Below, piece after piece: positions 47,745 through 56,398 of a stretch of DNA of 64,000 nucleotides; position 1 is the first letter of the stretch; each line of letters opens with the position of its first letter. Under the pieces are notes generated by a model that saw only the letters and a program-made list of their open reading frames with translations, was not told the DNA's origin and made no database searches. The DNA is taken from the NCBI GenBank assembly GCA_030693235.1, contig JAUYBE010000016.1, positions 35,917 to 99,916 of the forward strand, read 5' to 3'. Both the position numbers and the translations under genes were made by a program. Source of the stretch: a bacterium. Its GTDB lineage: Bacteria > Patescibacteriota > Minisyncoccia > UBA6257 > UBA9933.

Positions 47745-47792
47745 TTTTTAGGAAAAGAAAAGTCCCAAACTGATTAGCTTCCGCAAGGGACT
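47745..47792 (-). terminator. rho-independent terminator downstream of the 47812-48273 gene; a second hairpin plus T-run lies at 47660-47706
   Basis: gtcccttgcggaagctaatcagtttgggac followed by a T-rich run on the minus strand. Second hairpin gaagttgca...tgcaacttc followed by tttttattttt. Confidence 0.55.
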
Positions 47793-47811
47793 AATAAACG
47801 ATTCCCCCACA

Positions 47812-48273
47812 TTAAAATCCTATTACTTGAATTTTCTTGTAGGGCGCGAAAAAAGATTTTTTCTTTTCAACTCTGTCTTTTGTCGTAACGACATACAAGA
47901 CATCAAAGCCGTGATAAACAGCAAGAATGAATTGGTCGCCGTTGACATGACAAAGGACAGTGCCAATTTCAATCACGGGAATCACCACACTGGCATGGAC
48001 GCCCAAATCAGCTAAACGATCCTGAATTTCTGCCTGGTTTTTCTCCAATGTGTCCCTTGCCAATTGTTTCTCTTTCAAGTTTGCAGTTTCGCGACCCAGC
48101 GGGCCGAATTCTCTAACAGACAAACCAGCTGTCGCGAATGCTTCATTGATTTGAGTGCCACCTCCCACGCACACAACTACGAAATATTCTTGGCTCAATT
48201 CTTTAATCCAGCGCAATACATCATCGCTAAGCATATCGCCTGACATTTTAATAAAGCAGTTTTTCCGAGACAT
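47812..48273 (-). CDS. hypothetical protein
   Basis: 153 aa. IKMSGDML...VVVCVGGGTQIN faintly resembles an amino-acid-kinase fold N-terminus. Not a confident assignment. Confidence 0.3.
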   Translation of the reverse strand: MSRKNCFIKMSGDMLSDDVLRWIKELSQEYFVVVCVGGGTQINEAFATAGLSVREFGPLGRETANLKEKQLARDTLEKNQAEIQDRLADLGVHASVVIPVIEIGTVLCHVNGDQFILAVYHGFDVLYVVTTKDRVEKKKSFFAPYKKIQVIGF

Positions 48274-48495
48274 TGGTTTCCTCCTTTCTTCTTGATATGA
48301 ATAGATTTTAACGAGTAGGTAAACTTAAACTCTATTGGAATAATTTACAGCAAAACAAAGAAAAAAGCAAGGTTAAAACAAAAAACAGAAATTCCCAAGA
48401 ATTTCTGCAACAAGCAATATGAAAAATTTTTCTTTTCTTCTTTCTCCTAAAACATGGTTCGAGCCGATATTTTTCTTCGGGTTCTTTTGCAGTTT

Positions 48496-48738
48496 TTATT
48501 TATTCGCCAAAACCGGTTCTTTAATTGATATTTTATTTTCTTTAACAAGATTTTTTACTCTAGCCAAAAATTTACTGGCTTCCAAGATTTCAATCAGCAC
48601 AGGGATGTTATTTTTGGTAAAATGAACAACAACATCGCCGATTTCTTTGGCGTAATCAATCGGCTTATTAGTAATTTCCCACATTAAAACATCAGCTTCC
48701 GGTTCGTATGAAATTTTTACTTTATTTTTATTTTTCAT
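48496..48738 (-). CDS. DUF2283-like small protein (putative antitoxin partner)
   Basis: KISYEPEADVLMWEI fits the YDxExDxLYI-type motif. ...IEILEASKFL. 11-nt overlap with the upstream small ORF. Confidence 0.45.
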   Translation of the reverse strand: MKNKNKVKISYEPEADVLMWEITNKPIDYAKEIGDVVVHFTKNNIPVLIEILEASKFLARVKNLVKENKISIKEPVLANK

Positions 48739-48979
48739 ATTGTTTTTTTCTTGCAGGATAAAACGTAATAATTTTTATAATACCGAATTCTTGCTTATAG
48801 ACTACTCTCAAAACATGGCTTTTGTCAATTTTTAATTGAGCGATTAAAAGCGGCAATCTTGATCCATCAATTAAATCTGGTCTTTCTATGGTTTTTAAAA
48901 CCTGTTTTTCTGTAATCAAAAATTTATGCCTTTTTAAAATTTCAAATTTATTTCTGGCGTGTTTAGTAAAAATTATCAT
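48728..48979 (-). CDS. DUF4258-like small protein (putative toxin partner)
   Basis: IIFTKHARNKF...LRVVYKQEFGIIKIITFY pattern, 83 aa. Confidence 0.45.
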   Translation of the reverse strand: MIIFTKHARNKFEILKRHKFLITEKQVLKTIERPDLIDGSRLPLLIAQLKIDKSHVLRVVYKQEFGIIKIITFYPARKKQYEK

Positions 48980-48997
48980 AAATTAAAATAGTCGTTG

Positions 48998-49081
48998 TGC
49001 CGAGGGAGGGACTCGAACCCTCAAGGGCTTGCGCCCGTAACATTTTGAGTGTTATGCGGTTGCCAATTTCGCCACCTCGGC
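48998..49081 (-). tRNA. tRNA-Leu (anticodon CAA)
   Basis: Reverse complement gccgagg...taaca-ctCAAaa-tgtta, long variable arm cgggcgcaagcccttg. Acceptor gccgagg/cctcggc, discriminator A. Confidence 0.8.
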
Positions 49082-49128
49082 TAAATTTTCATTGATAATA
49101 GCACAATTTTCTCTTATAGTAAAGAATT

Positions 49129-49890
49129 ATGACTCGCGTTATCGCAATCTGTAATCAAAAAGGCGGCGTTGGAAAAACAACTGCCGCTATAAATTTATCA
49201 ACTTATTTGGCGGTTTTGGGTAAAAAAGTTTTACTGATTGATTTTGACCCACAAGCCAACGCCACCTCGGGACTGGGAATAAATCCCAAAGAATTAAACG
49301 ACACTGTTTATCACGGCATCTTGGGATACGCCTCAATTGAAAATTTAATCAAGAATACGAAAATTTTTAATCACCATTTAATTCCGGCGAATCAGCATTT
49401 AGCCGGCGCTTTGGTGGAATTGGTCAATCTGGACGAGCGGGAATTTTTTCTTAAAAAATTCATAAACCGGCTCCGGCCTGAATACGATTATATTTTTATT
49501 GATTTGCCCCCTTCTTTGAGTTTGTTAACCGTCAATGGTTTAGCCGCCAGCGACGAAGTTTTAATTCCCATTCAATGCGAATATTACGGGCTTGAAGGCT
49601 TAGGCCAACTTTTGGAAACCGTTGACATGATTAACAATAATTTAAACCAAAATATTAAAATTGCCGGAGCGTTATTAACGATGTATGATAAAAGAGAAAA
49701 ATTGTCGCGGGAAGTGGCTTTTGAGGTCAGAAAACATTTTCCGCATTATGTTTTTGAAAATGAAATCCCCCGCTGCGTGTCATTGGCCGAAGCGCCGAGT
49801 TTTGGAAAACCGATTATTTTATATAATCCCGGTTCCAGCGGCGCCATGGCCTATGAAAGACTGGCGAGGGAAATAATTGGACGAGAATAA
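49129..49890 (+). CDS. parA: ParA/Soj chromosome-partitioning ATPase
   Basis: IAICNQKGGVGKTTAAINL deviant Walker A. 253 aa. Confidence 0.85.
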   Translation: MTRVIAICNQKGGVGKTTAAINLSTYLAVLGKKVLLIDFDPQANATSGLGINPKELNDTVYHGILGYASIENLIKNTKIFNHHLIPANQHLAGALVELVNLDEREFFLKKFINRLRPEYDYIFIDLPPSLSLLTVNGLAASDEVLIPIQCEYYGLEGLGQLLETVDMINNNLNQNIKIAGALLTMYDKREKLSREVAFEVRKHFPHYVFENEIPRCVSLAEAPSFGKPIILYNPGSSGAMAYERLAREIIGRE

Positions 49891-49891
49891 A

Positions 49892-49960
49892 GTTTTTAGG
49901 TTTTAGTTTTTAGGTTTTAGTAAATTTCTAACACCTAACACCTAACACCTAACACCTAAA
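49892..49960. repeat. heptamer-array element, family 4, filling the entire parA-parB spacer
   Basis: (tttttagg/ttttag)x4 - taaatttc - (taacacc)x4. The two halves can pair as an imperfect hairpin, with GUUUUAG against CUAACAC. Confidence 0.6.
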
Positions 49961-49963
49961 TAA

Positions 49964-50947
49964 ATGTTAGGCAAAGGACTGGAATCTTTAATTCCAAAAA
50001 AACAAAACATTCAGTCTCCTCAACAAGGCCAACAAATCGACTCCAACGAAAAGCCGGCGGAGGGCGCTGATGCTTTTCGCGCAGCAACTCCTGTAAATAA
50101 GCCGGCGGCCAAAGACGCCATCTTTTATATTGAAACGGAAAAAATCAAACCCAATCCCCATCAACCACGCCGAGATTTCAACGAGGAATCTTTAAAAGAA
50201 TTGGCAAACTCCATTCGAGAACATGGTATTCTTCAACCCCTGATCGTTTCCAAAATTGAAAAAGAAACCGAATTCGGAACTAAAGTAGAATATCAATTAA
50301 TCGCTGGCGAAAGACGATTAAGAGCTTCTCAAATAGCGGGATTGGAAAGTGTGCCGGTAATTATTAAAAATATCGTTAAAGATGCCGAGCATCTGGAAAT
50401 GGCGATTGTTGAAAATCTGCAACGCGCTGATTTAAATCCGGTTGAAACCGCCCGGGCTTACGCCAAACTGCAAGATGTTTTCGGCTTGACCCAAAGAGAG
50501 GTCGCTCAACGCTTGGGCAAAAGCCGGGAAACCATTGCCAATACTTTAAGGCTTTTAAATCTGCCGACGGAAATTCAAGAAGCGGTTGCTAAAAATCAAA
50601 TCAATGAAAGCCAGGCGCGGTTGCTTTTGACGATTGGCGACCAAATTCAACAACAAAATCTTTTCAATGAAATTATTTCCAATAATTTAAGCGTCCGGGA
50701 ATTGCGACAGCGAATTCGGAAAACTTCACCCGTCATTGCGAGCGCAAGCGAAGCAATCTCGCCTATTGTTAATCCTGAAATCCTTAATTTTCAAGAACAG
50801 CTCACCGAACTTTTAGGAGCTAAAGTGAAAATTAAACCCTTCGGCAATGCTCAGGGCAAAGGCGGAGAAATTATTATTGATTTTTATTCGGCGGAAGAAA
50901 TTGAAGGAATAATAAAAAAACTTTCTCCGGAAAATAATTTGGAATAG
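49964..50947 (+). CDS. parB: ParB/Spo0J partition protein carrying a family-1 half-element in-frame
   Basis: LQPLIV...LIAGERRLRASQIAG, HTH. SPVIASASEAISPI is encoded by half-element 50732-50760. Confidence 0.85.
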   Translation: MLGKGLESLIPKKQNIQSPQQGQQIDSNEKPAEGADAFRAATPVNKPAAKDAIFYIETEKIKPNPHQPRRDFNEESLKELANSIREHGILQPLIVSKIEKETEFGTKVEYQLIAGERRLRASQIAGLESVPVIIKNIVKDAEHLEMAIVENLQRADLNPVETARAYAKLQDVFGLTQREVAQRLGKSRETIANTLRLLNLPTEIQEAVAKNQINESQARLLLTIGDQIQQQNLFNEIISNNLSVRELRQRIRKTSPVIASASEAISPIVNPEILNFQEQLTELLGAKVKIKPFGNAQGKGGEIIIDFYSAEEIEGIIKKLSPENNLE

Positions 50948-50961
50948 AGAATTTTTGTGTG

Positions 50962-51032
50962 TGGAGGTGCGGAGAATCGAACTCCGGTTTGATCAATGCG
51001 AATGACCCGTTATACCACTTAACTACACCCCC
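50962..51032 (-). tRNA. tRNA-Ala (anticodon CGC)
   Basis: Reverse complement gggggtg...ggtca-ttCGCat-tgatc. Acceptor GGGGGTG/CACCTCC gives the G3:U70 Ala identity pair. Discriminator A. Confidence 0.7.
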
Positions 51033-51165
51033 CCCTATTCTGCTATAATATAACGAGGTAATTAAAAAATCAAAAGGGGTGAATAAAAATACCAACTCGC
51101 TTTTCCGTCGCCGCCAAATTTTCCGCCAGAGACAGACAGGCGTGTCAGCGAATCTGACGCGCCGC

Positions 51166-51894
51166 TTATTCTTTTGCTCTCGCCTTAATTTTTAATTTCT
51201 CTGGCAACTTCTCAATAGCATACCTCAAAGCTGTGCGAGGCATTAACTTTCTATTTTTGATTACAAAATCAAAAACCTCTTTCTGATGTAAATTACTTGC
51301 TTCCTTTAACATCCAACCATAACCTTTCTGCGCTAAATCTTCCTTATCTTGTAAAAGAATTTTTGCCGCACTAAAAGCTTCTTTTAAATATTTTCCTTTG
51401 CGCAGAGAATAGATTAAGACTACAGCGGAAGCACGGCGAAACCATTTATTGGATGATTTGGCCCATTGTTTTGTTTGTGGCAAAAATTCCGGAAATTGGC
51501 ATATAAATTCTCCAAAAGCGTGCGTACATAAATCATCACAACTGCCCCAAGTATCTACGTAGTTTTTGAGCCAGCTTTCAAAAATTTTATAATCCTCTTT
51601 CTGATATTGCTTTCTGATTCTGAAAGCCCAATCAAATGCGATGTCCCGATAACCGCTTCCATTAATTTTTAATAGTTTTTCGCATAAAGAAAAAATTTGC
51701 TTCTTTTCAAGATTTTTTACTTCTTTAAAATTTTTGAAAGCTACTTTTCTTACCAACGGAGTGGCAATGCCGATATGTATTTTGCCATCCTTGTGAAATT
51801 TTGAATAATCCTTAATGTTCTTAGGATTTTTACACAACTTTTTTAACTCAAAACTAATTTTTTCTAAAACATTTACAGTCCCCATACTTTCCAA
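51166..51894 (-). CDS. DNA alkylation repair enzyme (AlkD-like HEAT-repeat glycosylase family)
   Basis: 242 aa all-helical. Pattern ...RKVAFKNF...WAFRIRKQY...WGSCDDLCTHAF... is typical of the DNA_alkylation family. Confidence 0.6.
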   Translation of the reverse strand: MESMGTVNVLEKISFELKKLCKNPKNIKDYSKFHKDGKIHIGIATPLVRKVAFKNFKEVKNLEKKQIFSLCEKLLKINGSGYRDIAFDWAFRIRKQYQKEDYKIFESWLKNYVDTWGSCDDLCTHAFGEFICQFPEFLPQTKQWAKSSNKWFRRASAVVLIYSLRKGKYLKEAFSAAKILLQDKEDLAQKGYGWMLKEASNLHQKEVFDFVIKNRKLMPRTALRYAIEKLPEKLKIKARAKE

Positions 51895-51964
51895 TTTTTA
51901 GGAAAAGTTAATCCCAAAGTTCTGGAATAAACAATCAATTCGCCTTGGTGCAAGATTTCATAAT

Positions 51965-52122
51965 CTACTTTATTAAATCATCAACCAAAACCTCTAATGC
52001 TTTGGCGATTTTAGTTAAGGTTTTAATTGTAGGATTTTGATTAACGCCGTTTTCTATTTTTACAATGGTATTTAGCGATAAATCAACAAAATTTCTTTAA
52101 TAGCAATTTATCCTAAAGACAT
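51965..52122 (-). pseudogene. degraded XRE-family HTH regulator
   Basis: Minus strand reads ATG-MSLG-TAA, then in a shifted frame IAIKEILLIYR-stop, then ...LNTIVKIENGVNQNPTIKTLTKIAKALEVLVDDLIK-stop. Together this is the MSLGxxIKELR...IENGxxNPxxxTLxKIAKALxV..DDL pattern of Cro/C1-type HTH proteins, broken by stops. Confidence 0.45.
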
Positions 52123-52189
52123 CTATCCCTTGAAAAACGCTAATGAAAAATTGAAAGAAAAATTTAAAAATTTTCTAAATGGCTAATTG

Positions 52190-52260
52190 TCGGGCCGCCC
52201 GGATTTGAACCGGAGCTAAATCCTCCCGAAGGACTCGTGCTACCGCTACACTACGGCCCG
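52190..52260 (-). tRNA. tRNA-Pro (anticodon CGG)
   Basis: Reverse complement cgggccg...agtcc-ttCGGga-ggatt. Acceptor C1:G72 (cgggccg/cggcccg), discriminator A. These are bacterial Pro identity features. Confidence 0.7.
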
Positions 52261-53084
52261 ATATTAATTATGGTTATTGCGATTTGTTCTCCATAAAATA
52301 TTTGAGATAAATTTTTGACCCTTTCCGAATCCTCTGTTGTCAGAAAAATTCTCTTGCCGGTTTTTGATAATTTATTTTCTATTTCCGGATGCCGCGCCAA
52401 ATAATTCCTTAATTTCTCCGCGATAATCGGTCCCTGAGAAATCACCTTAATGCCTAGCGACAAATATTTTTTAATTTTATCTTCAATAATCGCGTAATGG
52501 GTACAGCCCAAAATAATCGTATCAATTTTTCGACTTTTTGAGAATAGCTGATTTAAATATTTTTCAATCGCCAAATCCAAATTTTTCTGTTCAATCTCGC
52601 CGGCTTCAATAATCGGAACTAAAAGCGGGCAAGCCTGCTGATAAACTTTAATTTCAGGAAAAAATTTATTAATTTCTTTTTGGTAAGTCAGGGAATTAAC
52701 CGTCGCCTCTGTAGCCAATACTCCAATTTCTCGCGTGTTCGTAAATCTGCCAATTTCTTCGGCAGTCGGAATAATGATGCCAAGAACTCGCTTCTCAGAA
52801 TAGTGCTTCTGTAGAAATTCCCGCTGAATTTTTCTTAAAGCCGCGCTTGAAGAAGTATTGCAAGCCAAAACCACCAATTCCGCGTCGCGCCTAAATAATT
52901 CCTCAACGCCTTCAACGGTAAATTTATAGATTATTTCCTGACTTCTTGAACCATAAGGAGTCCGGGCGTTGTCGCCTAAATAAATATAAGAATATTCCGG
53001 CAAAATTTTAACAACCTCTTTTAGAATTGTTAAGCCGCCGAGTCCGGAATCAAAAAAACCAATCATAAAATTAGTATAAATCAA
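52251..53084 (-). CDS. murI: glutamate racemase
   Basis: IGFFDSGLGGLTILKEV...LVLACNTSS...ILGCTHYA. Confidence 0.85.
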   Translation of the reverse strand: MIYTNFMIGFFDSGLGGLTILKEVVKILPEYSYIYLGDNARTPYGSRSQEIIYKFTVEGVEELFRRDAELVVLACNTSSSAALRKIQREFLQKHYSEKRVLGIIIPTAEEIGRFTNTREIGVLATEATVNSLTYQKEINKFFPEIKVYQQACPLLVPIIEAGEIEQKNLDLAIEKYLNQLFSKSRKIDTIILGCTHYAIIEDKIKKYLSLGIKVISQGPIIAEKLRNYLARHPEIENKLSKTGKRIFLTTEDSERVKNLSQIFYGEQIAITIINIGP

Positions 53085-53159
53085 TTCATTCTATCTCGCC
53101 AACCAAATTAGCATGCTCTAACCCAATAGAGCGCTCTATCGCGATAGAGCGGTAGAAAA

Positions 53160-53196
53160 ATAAAAAAGAGGATAAAAAACTTTATCCTTTTTTAGT
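53160..53196 (-). terminator. bidirectional rho-independent terminator downstream of cca
   Basis: gaggataaa-aaac-tttatcctc hairpin with T-runs on both strands. An adjacent perfect palindrome atagagcgctctat/ctatcgcgatag lies at 53126-53152. Confidence 0.6.
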
Positions 53197-53264
53197 AAAT
53201 ATAAAAATACTTATTAATTATTTACTATCCTATCCTGACGATCGTTTAGATAAGATAGTGATTC

Positions 53265-54788
53265 TTATTTCACGTAAAATTTCTTTTTCATTTCTTCTTC
53301 TATTCCTGATTCAAATTCTTCTTTCTTTCCCCTGCTAATTTTGGCTAATTTTTCAAGCTCAATATCCGACAACTTCCCTAAATCCTGAATCCTGAATTCT
53401 AAATTCTCCTTCGTATTCTTTTCGGGATTTTCAATAACTTCGTCCAACAAAACGGACAAAATCCGACCCACTCGCGGGCCCGGCTCTATGCCCAAAATTT
53501 TCATCACATCCTCTCCGTTGACTTTCAGCATTTTCGGCGAAATCGGGTCTTGCTTCACTTTTTCAATCATAAAAAGCAAGTGCCGCAGTTTATATGGCAC
53601 GGCTTTGGGCACACCCGAACCGATTCTATCCGCTTCCCTGATTTTTATAAAATCATCGACATTTTCCGGACCGACGCGCGCCAAAAATCTGCGCACTCCG
53701 GCTTCGGAGACTTCGCCGACATTGTAATAAAAAAGGTGATAACGAACCAAATGAATAATTTTTTCCGCCAAATCTTTCGGGAAACGAAGCCTATCTAAAA
53801 TTTCGGCGGCTAATTTTGCGCTGACTATTTCGTGATTGTAAAAAGTGCAATCAAGCCCTTCGCCGACTTTGGTCGCCGGTTTGCCGATATCGTGCAAAAG
53901 CGCCGCCAATCGAATTTCCAAAGAATAATTTTTCTTGGCGGCGTAATCCAGCGCTTTTAAATTATGTTCCCAGACCGTGTAAATATGATGCTTATTCTGG
54001 CCGACGCCGATGCCGTCGCGGAGTTCCGGCGCGATAAACCGCAACAAACCCAAATCTTCCAATAATTGAATTCCTGAAACCGCCTTTTCAGCCATTAAAA
54101 TTTTAATAAACTCATCGCGGATTCTTTCTTTGGCAATCATTTCCAACAAACCGGCTTGTTTTTTGACCGCCACGGCGGTCTTTCCTTGTATTGAAAAATC
54201 CAGTTCCGTCGCAAATCGAACGGCTCGCATCAACCTTAAAGCGTCTTCATTAAAACGATCTTCGGGATTGCCGACGGCTCGAATTATTTTATTTTTAATA
54301 TCATCTTGGCCGTTAAAGGGGTCTACTAATTCAGGTTTTAGGTTTTGGGTGTTAGGTTTTAGAGCGATAGCGTTGATAGTAAAATCCCGTCTGCCTAAAT
54401 CTTCTTCAATTGTTTCGGCGAATTTAATTTCATCGGGGTGGCGCTTGTCAGTATATTTTCCTTCTATTCTGAATGTTGTAATTTCTATGATTTTTAACGA
54501 TTCATTATCAGAGCCGGTCTTAACACCAACGGTGCCGAATTTATTTTCATAAACGGTGGCAGGCTTGTCCGCCGTAGCTCCGGCGAAGGTGGAAAAAATC
54601 TTTTGAATTTCTTCGGGTTTTGCGTCGGTGGCAACATCCCAATCTTTCGGTTCCCGCCCCATTAATAAATCGCGAACGCAGCCGCCAACCAAATAAGCAT
54701 TATAGCCGCTAGCCACTAGTTTATTAGCCACTAAAATAATTTCTTCGGGAATACTTGCCCTGAATTTTACTGAAGGGTTGAAATTCAT
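53265..54788 (-). CDS. cca: CCA tRNA nucleotidyltransferase (Pol beta head + HD domain) with heptamer-array-encoded insertion
   Basis: GGCVRDLLMGREPKDWDVATDAKPEEI, RRDFTINA, HD motif LHDIGKP. ALKPNTQNLKPELV is encoded by array 54332-54366. Confidence 0.8.
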   Translation of the reverse strand: MNFNPSVKFRASIPEEIILVANKLVASGYNAYLVGGCVRDLLMGREPKDWDVATDAKPEEIQKIFSTFAGATADKPATVYENKFGTVGVKTGSDNESLKIIEITTFRIEGKYTDKRHPDEIKFAETIEEDLGRRDFTINAIALKPNTQNLKPELVDPFNGQDDIKNKIIRAVGNPEDRFNEDALRLMRAVRFATELDFSIQGKTAVAVKKQAGLLEMIAKERIRDEFIKILMAEKAVSGIQLLEDLGLLRFIAPELRDGIGVGQNKHHIYTVWEHNLKALDYAAKKNYSLEIRLAALLHDIGKPATKVGEGLDCTFYNHEIVSAKLAAEILDRLRFPKDLAEKIIHLVRYHLFYYNVGEVSEAGVRRFLARVGPENVDDFIKIREADRIGSGVPKAVPYKLRHLLFMIEKVKQDPISPKMLKVNGEDVMKILGIEPGPRVGRILSVLLDEVIENPEKNTKENLEFRIQDLGKLSDIELEKLAKISRGKKEEFESGIEEEMKKKFYVK

Positions 54789-54833
54789 TGTTTTTAATTA
54801 TAAACTAAAAATTACGAACTATAAACTAATTTT

Positions 54834-54905
54834 GCCCTCGTAGTCTAATGGATAAAACGCGAGCCTTCGAAGCTCGATTTGGGGGTTCGAGTCCCTCCGA
54901 GGGCA
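54834..54905 (+). tRNA. tRNA-Arg (anticodon TCG)
   Basis: gccctcg...cgagc-ctTCGaa-gctcg...ttcgagt...cgagggc, discriminator A. Confidence 0.75.
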
Positions 54906-54911
54906 CATAAA

Positions 54912-54984
54912 GCGCCCATAGCTCAGTTGGCAGAGCAATTGCCTCTTAAGCAAAAGGTCCCAGGTTCGAGCCCTGGTGGGCGCA
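54912..54984 (+). tRNA. tRNA-Lys (anticodon CTT)
   Basis: gcgccca-ta-gctcagttggcagagc...ctCTTaa...ggttcgagccc...tgggcgc, discriminator A. Confidence 0.8.
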
Positions 54985-54990
54985 CAAAAA

Positions 54991-55200
54991 ATGATTAAAA
55001 AAACATTAATTTTTATAATTATTTTATTTGCTTTACTTGGCCTGTATTTTATTTATAATTATTTTATTCAGCCGAGTAGTGAAGCGCCGATTGAAATAAA
55101 TAATGGTCAAATTCAAGAAATTCCAATAAGCGACGGCTTTCGAGGACCAAGCGGTTCGCCTTCAATAAAAGGCCCGAGCGGTCCACCGCCGGAAAATTAG
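54991..55200 (+). CDS. small hypothetical secreted/membrane protein with Gly-Pro-rich tail
   Basis: MIKKTLIFIIILFALLGLYFIY signal-anchor, GFRGPSGSPSIKGPSGPPPEN tail. May not be expressed. Confidence 0.3.
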   Translation: MIKKTLIFIIILFALLGLYFIYNYFIQPSSEAPIEINNGQIQEIPISDGFRGPSGSPSIKGPSGPPPEN

Positions 55201-55229
55201 GTGTTAGGTTTTAGTTTTTAGTTTAAATT

Positions 55230-55303
55230 GCGGGTGTAATATAGTGGTAATATACGTGCTTGCCAAGTACGATACGAGGGTTCGATTCCCTTCACCCGCT
55301 CCA
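55230..55303 (+). tRNA. tRNA-Gly (anticodon GCC), CCA encoded
   Basis: gcgggtg...cgtgc-ttGCCaa-gtacg...ggttcgattccc...cacccgc-t-cca. Confidence 0.8.
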
Positions 55304-55332
55304 GAAACTAATTAATCTCTCATTCGTTTTAT

Positions 55333-55878
55333 ATGTTAGATGGCGAAAAACAACTAATTGAACGAGCCATTAGAGGTGAGGCCTCGGCTTTTGGCCTGCT
55401 TTACGATAGATATCAAACGCAGATTTACAGATTTATTTATCTTAAGGTCAGCCATCGTGAGGAGGCCGAGGATCTCACTCACCAGGTATTTTTGAAAAGC
55501 TGGCAGACTATCAGCGGATATAAATTTCAAGGACTTCCTTTTTCCAGTTGGCTTTACAGAATTGCCAGAAACCAGGTTATTGATTATTACCGCACCAAAA
55601 AAAATAATTTAAATATTGAAGAAATAAGCGAATCAAAAATTGATGATTCGTCCATTGAGGTAATTGAAATCCTTGACGATAATTCAAACGTTAAAAAAAT
55701 CAAGGAGGCCATTAAACAGCTTAATCCCGGACATCAAGACGTTATAATTTTAAGATTTATTGAAGAGTTGTCGCTTAAAGAAACCGCCTCGGCTTTGAAA
55801 AAAAGCGAAATGGCGGTTAAATTGCTCCAACATCGAGCTATAAAAAATTTAAAGAAAATTTTAGGAAACAATGAATAA
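55333..55878 (+). CDS. RNA polymerase sigma-70 factor, ECF subfamily
   Basis: Region 2 (LYDRYQTQIYRFIYLKVSHREEAEDLTHQVFLKSW...FSSWLYRIARNQVIDYYR) and region 4 (LSLKETASALKKSEMAVKLLQHRAIKNL). Confidence 0.8.
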   Translation: MLDGEKQLIERAIRGEASAFGLLYDRYQTQIYRFIYLKVSHREEAEDLTHQVFLKSWQTISGYKFQGLPFSSWLYRIARNQVIDYYRTKKNNLNIEEISESKIDDSSIEVIEILDDNSNVKKIKEAIKQLNPGHQDVIILRFIEELSLKETASALKKSEMAVKLLQHRAIKNLKKILGNNE

Positions 55879-56356
55879 AAATTTATTGGAAAATTTAAAA
55901 GAGCTTCGTCAAATTCAACCCGATTCCAACTATACAACGCGGTCTCGATTTTTAATACTCGCGGAACCGACCGCAACCGAAAATTTACCGGGATTTAAAA
56001 TAACGCAAATTTACAAACCGGCGTTCGCGATAGGATTAATCAGTATCTTTGTTTTAATGGCGCTTGGAGGCATTTATCAAATAATCAAACCGGGCCAAAA
56101 CGATTTAGTGGTCAGAGCCAACGAGATCAACAGCTCTATTCAAGTGAAATTAGATGAAATTAAATATCTTATTGAGAATAATAATCATCTCAACGCGGAA
56201 AACATTCTCAATATTCAAGCTTTGTTGGAAAAAACGACCAATGAGCTCAAAGAAGCTTCAATTTTAAGCCAAGAGAATAAAGATTTGGGAAAATCCTTGG
56301 AAAAAATAAAGTCCGCTCAAGAAATTCTTCTCCAAATCGACGCGATGCTTCAATAA
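55871..56356 (+). CDS. putative membrane-anchored anti-sigma factor
   Basis: 8-nt overlap with the ECF sigma gene. Single TM helix (AFAIGLISIFVLMALGGIY) and an extracytoplasmic coiled region. Assignment is by gene context only. Confidence 0.4.
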   Translation: MNKNLLENLKELRQIQPDSNYTTRSRFLILAEPTATENLPGFKITQIYKPAFAIGLISIFVLMALGGIYQIIKPGQNDLVVRANEINSSIQVKLDEIKYLIENNNHLNAENILNIQALLEKTTNELKEASILSQENKDLGKSLEKIKSAQEILLQIDAMLQ

Positions 56357-56392
56357 AAAATCCCGCCTGAAAAACAAGGCGGGATTTTTTAT
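56357..56392. terminator. bidirectional rho-independent terminator between the anti-sigma gene (+) and HU gene (-)
   Basis: aaaaaatcccgcc-tgaaaaacaa-ggcgggatttttt. Confidence 0.75.
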
Positions 56393-56398
56393 TGAAAT

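Noticed and set aside
49892-49960. Heptamer arrays (CTAACAC x4, GTTTTAG x4) that could be mistaken for a CRISPR array or telomere-like repeats
   Set aside because: The units are 7 nt and directly abutting with no unique spacers. There are no cas genes in the window. The chromosome is bacterial with parA/parB. They are better described as a dispersed hairpin element.
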